This document shows positions 50,174 through 62,568 of a stretch of 64,000 nt of DNA, one piece after another (the stretch's first letter is position 1; each line of letters opens with the position of its first letter). The notes under the pieces are model-generated. The model made no database searches, was not told the origin of the DNA, and saw only the letters and a list, made by a program, of their open reading frames with translations. A program made the translations under genes and the position numbers. Location of the stretch: NCBI GenBank assembly GCA_030390025.1, contig CM059432.1, positions 132,682,001 through 132,746,000 of the forward strand. The letters are read 5' to 3'. The stretch comes from Squalus acanthias. Taxonomy: Eukaryota.

Positions 50174-51396
50174 TTATGTAAATCTGGCCATGATGAGGCC
50201 ATCCCTGCCCTCTCGGGCAGCAGTGTGTGCCGCTGCTGGTGCCATTTCCACCTCAGGTTCCTCCTCCTCCTCCTCCTCTTCCTCCTCCTCCTCCTCCTCT
50301 GAAGAGGCTGTGCGCTCAGAGCCTTGCTCCTCCTGAAGCTCCAATCCTCGCTGCTGCGTTATGTTGTGCAGGGCGCAGCAAACGACGATGATTCTGAAGA
50401 CCCTGGCTGGTGCATACTGAAGAGCTCTTCCAGATCTGTCAAGGCATCTGAAGCGCATCTTCAGTATGCCTATTGCTTGATCTATGACACATCTGGTGGA
50501 TATGTGGCTCTCATTATAACGCTCCTCGGCCTCAGTACTTGGCGTCCTCAACGGTGTCATGAGCCACGTCTTCAGTGGATAGCCCTTGTTTCCAAGCAGC
50601 CACACGGTAAGTCTGTTTGGAGGTGTGAAGAGCTGAGGGAGGGTGGACTGGCGCAGGACAAAAGAGTCATGACAGCTACCAGGGAATCTGGTGCACACAT
50701 GCATGCTGATCTTTTTATGGTTGCAGACAAGCTGCACATTGAGGGAGTGGAAGCCCTTGCGGTTCACCAACAATCCTGGGTGATGAGGGGGTGCCTTGAT
50801 GGCCACATGTGTGCAATCGATGATGCCCTGCACCTGTGGGAAGCCAACCAGAGCCGCAAAGCAAGCGTCCGCTCAGTAACACTGGCGTCATCAGTGGCAA
50901 AGTTGACGTAATTGGCTGACTTGTCAAACATAGCATCGGTCACCTGGGTGATGCGTCTGTGGGTGGCCGACTGCGAGATCCCGCAAATATCTCCTGTAGC
51001 TCCCTGGAAGGAGCCTGAGGCAAAGAAGTTGAGGGTGGTGGTGACTTTGACAGCCACTGGTAAGGCAAGTCCCCCAGGTCCTCTGGGCAGCAGGTCTTGT
51101 TCCAGCAAGCTACAAATGTCTGCGATGACCTGGCACGATAGCCTGAGCCTCCTGAAGCACTGCTGTTCAGCCATGTCCAGGAAGCTCATCCTCTGCCTGT
51201 ATATCCTATGTTGGCGGTATTGGCTCCGGTGCGCTGCAGCCCTGTGGTGCCTCCCTCTCTCCTGTGGAGCATCAGGTCATTGAAGAGAAGGTTGTTGTTG
51301 TGGCTGCTGCTGCTGGTGTGGCTGGTGTTGTTGGTGGTGGGGCTCATCTTGGTCTGATTCTGAGGACCAAGGTGAGACAGTATAAGTGGCACCCAT
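50174..51396 (-). pseudogene. Harbinger B DDE transposase, inactivated
   Basis: IIDCTH, NRKG, HDS present; LGNKGY and VIDQAIG show substituted acidic residues; early TGA and a frameshift near 50850. Confidence 0.92.
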
Positions 51397-52104
51397 GCTG
51401 ATGTAGTAGATGGCAGGTAAAGTGGAGATCAGAGGCCCAATCCCTCAGTGTTGTGATGGTGACGAGCAATGTGCTGAGAGTGACTTCCGAGGTTGCAGAA
51501 ATGATCTGCAAACTGCTGACAGCTAAATCCCTGCACAAAATGGAGTCAGCAAGAGCCTTTTATTGCCAACCCGCCCCCAAACCCACACGCTCGACAATGG
51601 GAAAATTCCGTCCTTGGTGTTTGGTAGTGGGGTTACAGTCCAAATCGGAGGAGTGATTAGAAAGTTGACGCTCAACCTCAGCCAGATAAAGGCTCTTCAA
51701 CCATAGAACATTAGCAGCCCATTTGTTAGTTGATTTCATGAAGTTGGGGTTAAAATTTGAGAGAATGGAAACTGCGAGTTTAGAGGGAGACAGATTAGAG
51801 TGAGTAATGGAGTAGAGAAATTGAGATAGCTGATTAGTAGGATTTTGTGTCTTCAATTTCCTCCATTCTCTCCTTTTTCCCCCCCCTTGAATGCACCTCT
51901 CACTACCAGACCTATTCAGGTGTTTTTTTGTTTATTTTGTGCCTTTAATGCTGCTTTTAATTGTCTGAGGTGATTTAACAAAAATGATTTAACATGTTCC
52001 TGCATTTTGTAAGCATTTAACCAATACTGTCTGTGCTTGGAGTATCTGTTTTTACCCTCCCCTCCTCTTTTTTATGATTTGATTAAATTACTTGCTCATC
52101 TTTC

Positions 52105-52240
52105 AGTACTGATGAAGGGCCTGGCCTGAAACATTGTCCCATCTGTTTTCTTTTCCATGGATGCAGATTGACCTGCTCTGTGTTTCCAATACTTTCTTTG
52201 TTTGCATCAAATGTCCAGCGCTTTCAATTCTTTGCTTTTT
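52105..52240 (+). mobile_element. Old Penelope pLTR remnant with hammerhead-like core
   Basis: ctgatga-agggcctggcct-gaaac at 52109-52132, followed by gatgc..tgacctgct..tttcca as in the other pLTRs. Confidence 0.6.
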
Positions 52241-52418
52241 ATCTCTATTTCCTCATATCAACTGCCTGTATCCAGTGGAGGTAATCTACTGGAATTCCAT
52301 TGAGCTCAATTATCCATGTAATATTGCAACAGAAACTCAGTTCAAAAGTTATTGGAAAGGACATCAAAAGATTCAGCCCCCTTTTCATTGTTTTGAAACA
52401 ATATATGTAAGAAAGAAT

Positions 52419-52681
52419 GGTTGAGGGATAAATATTGGCCAAGACACCTGTTCTTCTTCGAAATAGGTGCCGTGGGATCTTTTACGTCTACTTGAGCGAG
52501 CAGACAGATCCTCGGTTTAACGTCTTATCTGAAAGACGGCACCTCTGACAGTGCAGCACTCCCTCAGTACTGCACTGGAGTGTCAGCCTAGATTTTGAGC
52601 TCAGTTCTCTGGAGTGGGACTTAGACCCACAACATTCTGACTCAGAGGCGCGAGTGCTACCCACTGAGCCACGGCTGACAC
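52419..52681 (-). mobile_element. Deu-domain SINE, 5' half
   Basis: tRNA-like head and Deu core, reverse complement. Confidence 0.85.
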
Positions 52682-54218
52682 GATATAGTATATCTAGTAT
52701 TGTACTGTTAGTTTCTTGCTGTGTGTTTCGACATCTGTATAATTATATAATTGTTAAATAAAAATGATTAATTATTTAGCCTGTGCAATAAATGTCTCAG
52801 CATGGTATTGGACATCTGTCAGAGCAGACAGGTAACTGTGGTGGGCGTCTTACATTTTCTGCAATGCATAAAATCATAGGATCGGGTAATTAGTAGTAAT
52901 GTGGCGCACAAGATTGTAGGTTTCACTTCATAGGAGATATGTGTCTGTTTATAGAAACTGCTTTTTTTTGTTGCTGTGAATATGAGATTGTAGTATTAGG
53001 AGAAAGCCCGAACTGGAACAAATGTTAAGACGAATCAAGAACACGGAGCTAACTGACAATCACTGTCCACAGCGACAGTCGTACAGTTTTAACAAAAGCC
53101 AACAACACGATAAAAACTACCGTAAGAGTATATTGTAAATAATAACAATGTAGAAGATGATTTTGAGGCAGGGATCTAATTTCAGTGTTCAGGTGATGGT
53201 TATAAACCGTGGAAGCTCTATTTTCATGGTTTATGATGTGATTTGAATTCCTTTATCAGATTGCTGCCTTGTAATGGCTTCCAGGTATTCATTATTCTCC
53301 CAGTAAACATGAGGTTCCTTTATATTAGTGATCAGTTCTGCCAAGAGATTTACAGTTGGTTGTTTACTGTGCTGTGGAGTCATTCAAAGCCAACTGAAAT
53401 TATTTGGAGGGTCTCTTGATTGCTCCTTAGCAAGTTGAATACAAACATATGCAGTTTAGGCCTCATTTAATTTCATTCCCCAGAACCTACTTTGATTCTG
53501 TTATCTTAAGACGTCATTCTGAGAAAGGAATAATGTGATGCTCTGACACTGTAACTGTCATTTGCATTCTGTGATATCGCTGCACTGGTTTTTATGGAGT
53601 TCAAAATGGGTGCAGGAATTTGGAGCAGGCTGTGCAAATGCGGCTTGTTAATATAAATATTTTAACATTTTCATTATGCTGTTGAAACCTGGGTGGAAAC
53701 ATAAAAGTGAAATGGGAAAAAAAAAAAGTAGAAATTGAATTTTAAAGTAGCATACAGTGACACTCAGCCCAGTTACATTTTTATGGCGTTTTTTTTTAAG
53801 TGAAAATTTAAGGTCCAAATTGTATCGTTTATTGAGCGAAAGGGTGACTGGGTGATCGTGTTCATCGGGTTTTCACTTCTGAGAACTGCATTCAAATCCA
53901 GTCTACGCCGGTGGGATGAAAGCCTCCTCTCTCCACTGGCTGCAAGGGTCTAAAATTAAATGCATTTGGGACAGTCGTGGTCCAGCTCCCAATGGGCAAG
54001 AATGCATAAGACAAAGCGACCTGTAATTAGTAAAACCTTTACTGCACTAATCAGAGAGGCCTCGAGAATATCTGGTGTAGGAGATGTAAATTCACACTGT
54101 GTGTTTGAGGTTAAGACATATTGGCGTTCAAATTGCACTGATACGAACACGTTACTATTTAGTTACGAATATGGTTAGCTACAATATCTACAATGCTAAT
54201 GAAGGTGTAAATCCATTT

Positions 54219-54426
54219 AAACAGAAAATGCTGGAAATATTCAGCAGGTCAGCCAGCATCTGTGGAGAGAGAGAGAGAGAGTTCACATTTCAGGTTGCTG
54301 ACCTTTCGTCATCGACCTGAAATGCTAACTCCGTTTCTCTCTCCACAGATGCTGCCTGACCTGCTGAGTGTTTCCAGCATTTTCTGTTTTTATTTCAGAT
54401 TTCCAGCATCCGCAGTATTTTGCTTC
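54219..54426. mobile_element. Miniature inverted Penelope insertion
   Basis: Inverted pLTR arms, ~35-nt tail on the right only, TSD tgtaaatccattt 54206-54218 / tgtaaattcattt 54427-54439. Confidence 0.85.
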
Positions 54427-54690
54427 TGTAAATTCATTTGTTTCATATGAATGTGCAGATGCATTCCAATTTCAACTCTATTGATGGGGCAGAGCAAAGA
54501 AGAGTTCACGCTGCATCTGACCTCTGCCTGATCTGCAAATGCTTAGTATGAACACTGGAATTGGTGAATATTCCATTCAGCGAAGCCCCTTCACCTTGAC
54601 GAGCTAAGAACTCCAGCTAAATTGTTTTTAAAAGTTACAAAAAGATAAGGAAAGTACAATAATCAAAATATTGCATGTGGCAGGAGCATG

Positions 54691-55113
54691 TTGGGCCTAT
54701 ACTCACTGGAATTTAGAAGAATGAGAGGCGATCTTATTGAAACATATTAGATACTGAGGGGGCTCGACAAGGTAGATGCAGAGAGGATGTTTCCCCTCGT
54801 GGGGAAATCTAGAACTCGGGGGCATAGTTTCAGAATAAAGGGTCGCCCTTTTAGAACTGAAATGAGGAGGAATTTCTTCTCTCAGAGGGTCGTAAATCTG
54901 TGGAATTCTCTCCCCCAGAGAGCCGTGGAGGCTGGGTCATTAAATACATTTAAAGTGGAGATAGACAGATTTTTGCAAGATAAGGGAGTGAAGGGTTATG
55001 GGGAGCGGGCGGGGAAGTGGCTTTGAGCCCAAGATCAGCCATGATCTTATTGAATGGCAGAGCAGGCTCGATGGGCCAAGTGGCCTATTCCTGCTCCTAT
55101 TTCTTATGTTCTT
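54691..55113 (+). mobile_element. CR1 3' end
   Basis: LEFRRMRGDLIETY..RTRGHS..GYGERAGKW; (cttatgtt) tail. Confidence 0.9.
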
Positions 55114-55231
55114 ACACTCTTATGCTTAGAAAGATGCAGATCAGTTCATTTACAGCATTTGGTTCACTGAGCATGTGAACATTAATATTCTGTTCACTAT
55201 ACATTGGCGCAAAGGTGCTGAAAGCATCTAT

Positions 55232-55972
55232 GGCCCGGATTTTGTGCTCTCGGTGATGTGCGTACGCCATTGTAAGCCATCAGAAAGGCCCCACAAGTTC
55301 CGGGTTTCCTCAAGCGCTGCGCAGGCATGAAAACCCGGAACTTGCGATCTGTCGAGGCTCGCTGACCCAAAAATCACTTTCGCTTGTGCAGAGTTTGGCT
55401 ATTTGCCCAACTGCTGCCCACGAAGCCCTTACGCCTGGTAAAAGCAGGCATGGGGCCTGCTTTCACCAGCATAAGGGTTAATATAAATCTTAACTTAAAA
55501 ATTTAAAAATAAAAATCACGCACAAACGTTTAAAATTAGTTTATGGAAATTTTGGCTCCGATTAAAATGTTCAAAATTAATTTTTTTTAATTAAATTTTT
55601 ATTGTAAATGCTTTATTGAAGGGACTTTTAATTAAGTCTGAAAATTGGAACATTTATTTTTATTAGAGTTGTATAAATTATTTAATGATTTGGGGATTTC
55701 TCATATGCTACTGGGGATTCCGTTCGTAAATGGAATCCCCATAAGCATATTAGGAATCCTCCTTTCTGATAGGAGGACCTGGCCCACGTGGTTCCCAGGG
55801 ACGCTTCCGAACCGCCTGCGTCCCTGGGATCTGTGGGCCTTTACGCAGGCCTTCGCCTGCAGGCCCAGGACCCAAAGCCTCCGAAGCCCGGGAGCCTGAA
55901 GGTAGGTGCAGATTTTTTTAGCGGGTCGGAGGCGTACTCCGAAGGTACGCCTCCGACCGCAAATTCCGGCCC
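55232..55972. mobile_element. Harbinger-type MITE with subterminal hairpins
   Basis: Ends ggcccggatttt / aaattccggccc; GC-rich ends, AT-rich core; TSD not evident. Confidence 0.7.
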
Positions 55973-56247
55973 AACGTATCAGTATAGTCCAGTACAGGTT
56001 AAGTTGGAGTTCCACTTTCTTTGTAAAAATCATTCAACGCTCATATGTTACGGGTAACTTAGTAAAATATTAGAATAATCCCAAAATTTGAAACATGGCA
56101 GGACAAGCTGTTGACTCACGCTTTTGTACTCAACATCTTGAACATAAAGTGCAGTGCCATAAAAATACCACTGGCCCATCAAACCTCATCCGTGTATTAT
56201 TTGCTTTGTTCAACACCCTTTCTAATTTTCGGACGTGAGATTTACAG

Positions 56248-56310
56248 GACGACGATACCCTGGAATTGATCTCACTGGCGGTGATCAAGGCGACTATTCA
56301 AGATGCCACA
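56248..56310 (+). other. Candidate 63-nt host exon (DDDTLELISLAVIKATIQDAT in phase 0)
   Basis: tttacag| and |gtaaga boundaries, ctaat branch-like motif upstream, length a multiple of 3; protein not recognised. Confidence 0.3.
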
Positions 56311-56764
56311 GTAAGACCCTGTTCCAGCTGAACCGTTGCATGGGATGAATGGTCAACAGAGTTGGGGGAATAAAAACTGTACACTGTCACATGCAGAGCG
56401 AAGTATGTTCTACACTGCGAACTTTCTATTTTTGTACGTCTTTGAACAATGCACCAAGAACCACAGGTTCTGAAACCCCGTGCTGTAAAATGTATGTAAC
56501 CCAGTGTTTTTCATTCTGAATGAGTGCACTAGTGAACCAAGATCAGAATATTACAAGTGAATCACACAGTATTCAGATGTACCAAGAAAAAGCGATGTCC
56601 CTTTTCTAAACCTGGCTAGGAATGAAGAGAAGCTGTATGTCATTGTCATAACAATGACATTGCTCACAAGTGACACCTACTGCTGTGTTTTAAGGTGATT
56701 TATATTATCGCACCATTTGTTTGTCAATAGAAGATTAAAAGTTTGTCAAATGCTTTTTTTTCAT

Positions 56765-57597
56765 GAAGATATCTTGCTAGCCCTATGGAGGCGGGTATGG
56801 AGGTGGGACTGCCAGGAAAATGGCAGAATTTGGGGACGGATGCCCAACCTGCCTCCGTGCCATCTTGACAGGAGGCGGGTAGCCGTCCCGCGCTGGGTCC
56901 CGTCTCCTTGGAGGCGGGAAGGGATTACAGCCACTTAACTGCCGGTTAACAGGTAGTTAACAGGCAGATAAGAGGATAATCCCCATTTTGCCCACATAAG
57001 TGCGGGCTTCCCGACGGCTGTGAACCCCGCCAGGGTCACCGAGGCGAGCAGTGGATCTGCGGGGGTCTGTGGGGTGCAAAAGTGCGCTGTGAAGGTAAGT
57101 GATGGGTGCAAGTGTGGAGAGGTGAGTACATGAGGTAAGTGGAAAGTGTTAGAAAAAGTTTACTTACCTTTGTTTCTTCCTGCAGGCTTCAATAGTTGGG
57201 TATGCGGAGAGTCTCGCACCTCCGCGGCAGAGATGACAGATGGCTGCTGCATTCTCCAATGCAGCAACCATCTAATTTCTGCTAAGGAAAGAGGTTTGAT
57301 GAGTCTTGAATTCAAGAACTCATCAAACTACAGAGAATGTCAGTGTTTGACAGCTTCACAGAACTGTCAAACGATGACAATTCATCTGTCAAAAATTTTT
57401 GACAGATGAAACGTCATACGCTGACGTTCTCTGTAACCGGCTCTCCCATAATTGGCCTGCTAATCCCGCTGGGCAGGCTTAACAAGGTCAGTCAAGGAAA
57501 AATAGTGTGGGTTGGCCACAAATCGATGGAGGCAGGACATCGACCCGACAAGCAGCAGTCCCGCCTCCAACGCACCCCTATTGACAAAATCGCCCCC
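56765..57597. mobile_element. Probable Harbinger MITE
   Basis: Right end aaaatcgccccc identical to the end of element A; repeated ggaggcggg motifs; left end uncertain. Confidence 0.6.
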
Positions 57598-58283
57598 AAT
57601 TGATTCCGAATGACTCACTGAATTGATAAACTGCACACAGAAGGTCCAGCACAATATGTTGAGAAGGAGCACGCAGCACTGAAAATAATTCAGTGCAGGG
57701 AAGCGGAGTTAAGGAAGAAAGTGGAAAAAGATCGCTTTGGAGGTGAATGTCCATTTTTTCATATCAAATTTGTAAATAAAATAGCCACTTTGAAAGTGAG
57801 TCTGCAGTGTAAAGAAGGTATTAAAGGAAAAGAGGACAACACAATTAATTGAATTGCAGGCTTTACAGAAGTGGTAAATTATTATCAGGCATGTCAAGAA
57901 AAATATACAAGTGTTACCCAACCCAGGTGTAGGTTGAGTATAGGTCCGTGTGACTCAGGAGAACCTGGAGATGAATAGGCTGGTTGACCTAATGTTCCTA
58001 GCACTGCCAGAGATGACTGCCATTAAGACAGTATTGGACGATGGTAGCTATTAATACAAAAATAGGAGACAACCAATAGAGGCTCTGGACAGTATGTGTA
58101 AACAGATTATTTTTAATTGAGCTTCCGCTAATGATCTACCCAGAGGATTCATCTCCATTCTAGGTAACATCAGAAACCTAGATAATTATGAAAATGTAAT
58201 CACTATTTTTTGTTAATTGTTCATACTGTAAGATTGATAACATAGAACCTGAAAATATGCTATGGGATAGTGTATACGTAGTA

Positions 58284-58455
58284 TCATAGAATCATACAGT
58301 ATAGAAGGAGGCCATTCAGCCCATCGTGCCTGTGCCGGCTCTTTGAAAGAGCTATCTAATTAGTCCCACACCCCCGCTCGTTCCCGATAGCCCTGTAAAT
58401 ATTTCCCCTTCAAATATTTATCCAATTCCCTTTTGAAAGTTACTATTGAACCTTC
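58284..58455 (-). mobile_element. CR1 3' tail
   Basis: (tcatagaa) tail plus ggccattcagcccatcg. Confidence 0.8.
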
Positions 58456-59566
58456 TTCCATTTGCTTAACCTGCTTGTCTAAAATGCCTCTCTTTGCCAA
58501 CATCTCTGGTTAAAAAAAAACAGAGAGGAGAATTTAAGACAAATGGGTCACTTTGTGATCTGGCCTCTCAAAGATGCAGCCCACGATGTCCTCAATCACC
58601 AGTTTGCAAAAAGATCCTGATCAAGTGTTCATATACTGTATTAACATTCCACACTGTAATTTCACGGCCATAATCTTTACCTAATAAGTAGTATAAAATG
58701 AGGTACTGCTCCCATAAAAAAGTGGTTCACCTGTAAGAATTTAGCTGTGTACTCAGTCATTGCTTTATTCCCACGCCTGCCTTCCAGCCTTTTGGATAGC
58801 AGTGTTTACTGGATAGTTGTAAATTCATTACACATTGTACGCTGTTGCATCATTACATAATCACCCTCCCTAGAGCTTTGTAATTCAGTCTGGTTCTCGT
58901 TCCACCCATTAGTAGTCAGCCATTACTGTTTCTCTACATCAGACAAGGCAATTGTTATATTACATGCACTTTCAATCTAATTAGGGCTGGAGCCGCTTCT
59001 CTGTTAGTTAAAGTTTACAGGCTTCATACTCCTACAGGAAGCTTTGTGTGCTTGTATGTTAAGCGATATTCCAGCATCTGATCTGAATTTATCTTTACAC
59101 TTTCATGAAAGATTTCTAACGGAAAAGGAAGGATGTTCAGGAGTTTTACAATTACTCTCACAGCTAGACTTGTCTGCAGTGCAAGCAACTTACTTCATTA
59201 CAAGGGAATCGCCTGGAAAATACACTTAATTTTCCCTCAGGACCCACCAAGTGGAGTTTAGCAGCTGGTGATCCATCAGCATGTCATCAGCTGTCCATGA
59301 TTGAGGGTCTTATTTTGAACTTTGTGGTAAAACTATACAAATGGAAGAGTTATGTCTCGCACATCTGCCGCACTTATCACACCTGCATCTGATTGGTTCA
59401 AATATAATTTTCATGAAATAACAAATTGTCACTGAACAGGTAGAGAAGATACCAACTGACATGTAGCAAGTGGAAATTAAAACCGACCAATCCAGAATTG
59501 GCAATCAGCAAATAACCACCAATAGTGAGGTAGTGAGGAGAAGAAGGGGGAATCAATGAAATCATC

Positions 59567-60195
59567 AACACAACAACAACAACTTGCATTTATATAGCAC
59601 CTTTAACGTAGTAAAACGTCCCAAGGCGCTTCACAGGAGTATTATAAGACAAACATTTGACACCGAACCACATAAGGAGAAGTTAGGGCAGATGACCATA
59701 AGCTTGGTCAAAGAGGTAGGTTTTAAGGAGCGTCTTAAAGGAGGAAAGAGAAGTGGAGAGACGGAGAGGTTTAGGCAGGGAATTCCAGAGCTTAGGGCCT
59801 TGGCAACAGAAGGCACGGCCACCAAAGATTGGGCGATTATAATCACAGATGCTCAAGAGAGCAGAATTAGAGGAGCGCAGATATCTCTGGGGAGGGGAGG
59901 GGAGCGGGGGGGTTGTGGGGCTGGAGGAGATTACAGAGATAGGGAGGGGCGAGGCCTTGGAGGAATTTGAAACAAGGATGAGAATTTTAAAATCGAGGCA
60001 TTGCTTAACCGAGAGCCAATGTATGTCAGCGAGCACAGGGGTGATGGGTGAACGGGACTTGGTGTGGGTTAGGACACGGGCAGCCGAGCTTTGGATGACC
60101 TCAAGTTTACGTAGGGTAGAATGTGGGAGGCCGGCCAGGAGTGCGTTGGAATAGTCAAGTCTGGAGGTAACGAAGGCATGGACGAGGGTGTCAGC
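59567..60195 (-). mobile_element. L2 LINE 3' fragment
   Basis: LADIHWL..DFKILILV..GRAF..LWNSLP..FKTLLKTYLF; (caa)n. Confidence 0.9.
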
Positions 60196-61520
60196 TCCAA
60201 ATCACTCCAAATATATTTTTGAAGATCTTCCTGCCGCACTTTTTGCAAGCTCAACGAAAGGAAAATTGACGATGCCAGCCGAGTTGGCACGGACAGCCCA
60301 AAACGGCTCCAGAACCAGCCACGATTGCGCAGTGTGGCTGCTTTACAATAGACAAAACTAATAGTAAATCTGGATATAGGAATTTATAATGGGGAGAAAA
60401 AGTTGACGCCAAAAATGTGACAAGGGGAAGTCAAGTGGTACTGACAGGAAGCATGCTCAGACAAAAGATTTTTTATATATATATAATATATAGATTATAG
60501 ATCTATATCCAGTGGGTGAAGAAAGTTTATTTAGCATAGCGATTAGGATGAAGAGATGCATATCAGGAATTTGGGGGCACCGAGCTCTGTGCCCGAGTTC
60601 CTGGTATGTGTTCCTGTTGGGTGACGCTCTCCACTGGGAGCGCTAAATCATAAATTTTACCTTTTATTTTATTTTTCCAAAACCAATCAGGAAACATTTA
60701 CCTCATTGTCTCTGAACACTAAAAGTCTCCGTAATCCCTTTCTAAATCCTTTCAGTGGGAATACGCATCCCTCTCCCACGCTACCCCCCCCACCAACTCC
60801 CCATCCTCATAGCGGCATGACCCCCAACTCACTGAGAGCGATGCCGCAGGAAATGCGCTGGTATAATCTGCACATACGGAGAATGTCCGACAGCACATAG
60901 CTATTTTTAGATGTAACGATACAGGACGTCTCTCATCTGGGGAATATTGAATTTGAGGGTTAATTTTCCATAGTTCACACTGGCGCCAGGGAACATCACT
61001 TGCTGCCAGTGCATAATGGAAATCACTGGCAGTGTTATATCCGATGCCAGCGGGCACACTGCCACCAGTGTGTACTTGGAAGATTACACCTCAAATTTCG
61101 TCTTTTGGCTGGAATTCAAACTAGCCTGTCCGTGCTGAGTATGGTTCATTTGATGCCTCACCAGGCCACTCAACAGGGCACCACACATCAGCTTATTACT
61201 CCGCCACCTTGTAATGGTGAGGACTGATGGTAGTTGGCCAAGCTCCTTTGAAGCAACCTCAACCCAAATGGAAACCTAATTTAGCCCAGCCCATTCAAAC
61301 TTCACCTGTTCCATTACAACTGCGCTCAGAATATCAAGCCAAATTCAATTCGACCCAAGCCGAAGAAAATTTGTTTTGTTTCAACACCACCACAATCCCT
61401 TTTTTGTGGGCGAGTGTGGGGGCTGGCATCAGATATTGGTCTCAGTAACAAATGCACCACCAGTATACACTAAAAAGCACGGGCTACAATTAAAACATGG
61501 GCTGATCTGCTTTATAGGGA

Positions 61521-61710
61521 CATAGAGCAGGAGTAGGCCTTTCAGCCCCTCGAGTCTGTTCCCTCATTCAATTAGATCATGGGTGATCTGTATCTTAACT
61601 CCATCTACTCCCCTTGGTTCTGTAACCTTTAATACCCTTGCCGAACAAAAATCTATCAATCTCAGTTTTGACATTTTCAATTAACCTAGCCTCAACAGCT
61701 TTTTGGGTAG
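61521..61710 (-). mobile_element. CR1 3' tail
   Basis: gagcaggagtaggcctttcagcccctcgag..gatcatgg. Confidence 0.8.
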
Positions 61711-61811
61711 ATACATGTGTAGAATAAGGGGATATTGTTTTTCTCAATATATCTTAGTAGTGCTGACCCTTATGAAACCAGTAGGTTCAGATATGAGATA
61801 GCCCTTGAGCT

Positions 61812-62215
61812 CTTTTTTATTCATGCATGGGATGTGGGTGTCACTGGCAAGGACAGCATTTATTGCCCATCCCTAATTGCCCTTGAGAAGGTGGTGGTGA
61901 GCCTCCTTCTTGAACCGCTGCAGTCCGTGTGGTGAAGGTGCTCCCACAGTGCTGTTAGGGAGGGAGTTCCAGGATTTTGACCCAGCGACAATGAAGGAAC
62001 GGTGATATATTTCCAAGTCAGGATGGTGTGTGACTTGGAGGGGAACTTGGAGGTGGTGGTGTTCCCATGCGCTTGCTGCCCTTGTCCTTCTAGGCGGTAG
62101 AGGTCGTGGGTTTGGGAGGTGCTGCCGAAGAAGCCTTGGCGAGTTGCTGCAGTGCATCTTGTAGATGGTATACACTGCAGCCACGGTACGCCAGTGGTGG
62201 AGGGAGTGAATGTTT
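61812..62215 (-). mobile_element. RTE-X-like LINE 3' end
   Basis: AAVYTIYKMHCSNSPRLL..SKSWNSLP..LQRFKKEAHHHLLKGN. Confidence 0.75.
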
Positions 62216-62298
62216 AATCTTTATTATTGAATCTCCTGGAGGCTTTGTTTTAAGACTGAGTTTTATTTTTATTTCCCTCTCTCTCTAGGTATATATTG

Positions 62299-62475
62299 TT
62301 CTTCTTCTTAGGCAGTCCCTCGGAACCGAGGATGACTTGCTTCCACATTAAAAATGAGTTCGCAGGTGACTGATGAGTCCAATGCGGGACCTACAGTCTC
62401 TGTCACAGGTGGAGCAGACGGTGGTTGAAGGGGCAGGTGGGTGGGGTGCTTAGGTTGACGTGCGCTCCTTGCGTT
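62299..62475 (-). mobile_element. Short retroposon 3' end with (aag)n tail, possibly RTE family
   Basis: ttcttcttcttaggcagtccctcggaaccgagg is the reverse complement of the insert at 46258-46291. Confidence 0.6.
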
Positions 62476-62568
62476 ATATATATATATCTTAGTAGTAGAT
62501 ATATATTAGTGCAATCCTTGCTGGAAGTGCATTGAAAACACTAATAAATAACACACAAAGAATAAAAT

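Larger units (their letters stand above)
47719..51613. mobile_element. Complete but decayed two-gene PIF/Harbinger transposon B
   Basis: Convergent Myb and transposase genes; right end gaaaattccgtcc, left end degenerate, TTG on both flanks. Confidence 0.85.
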
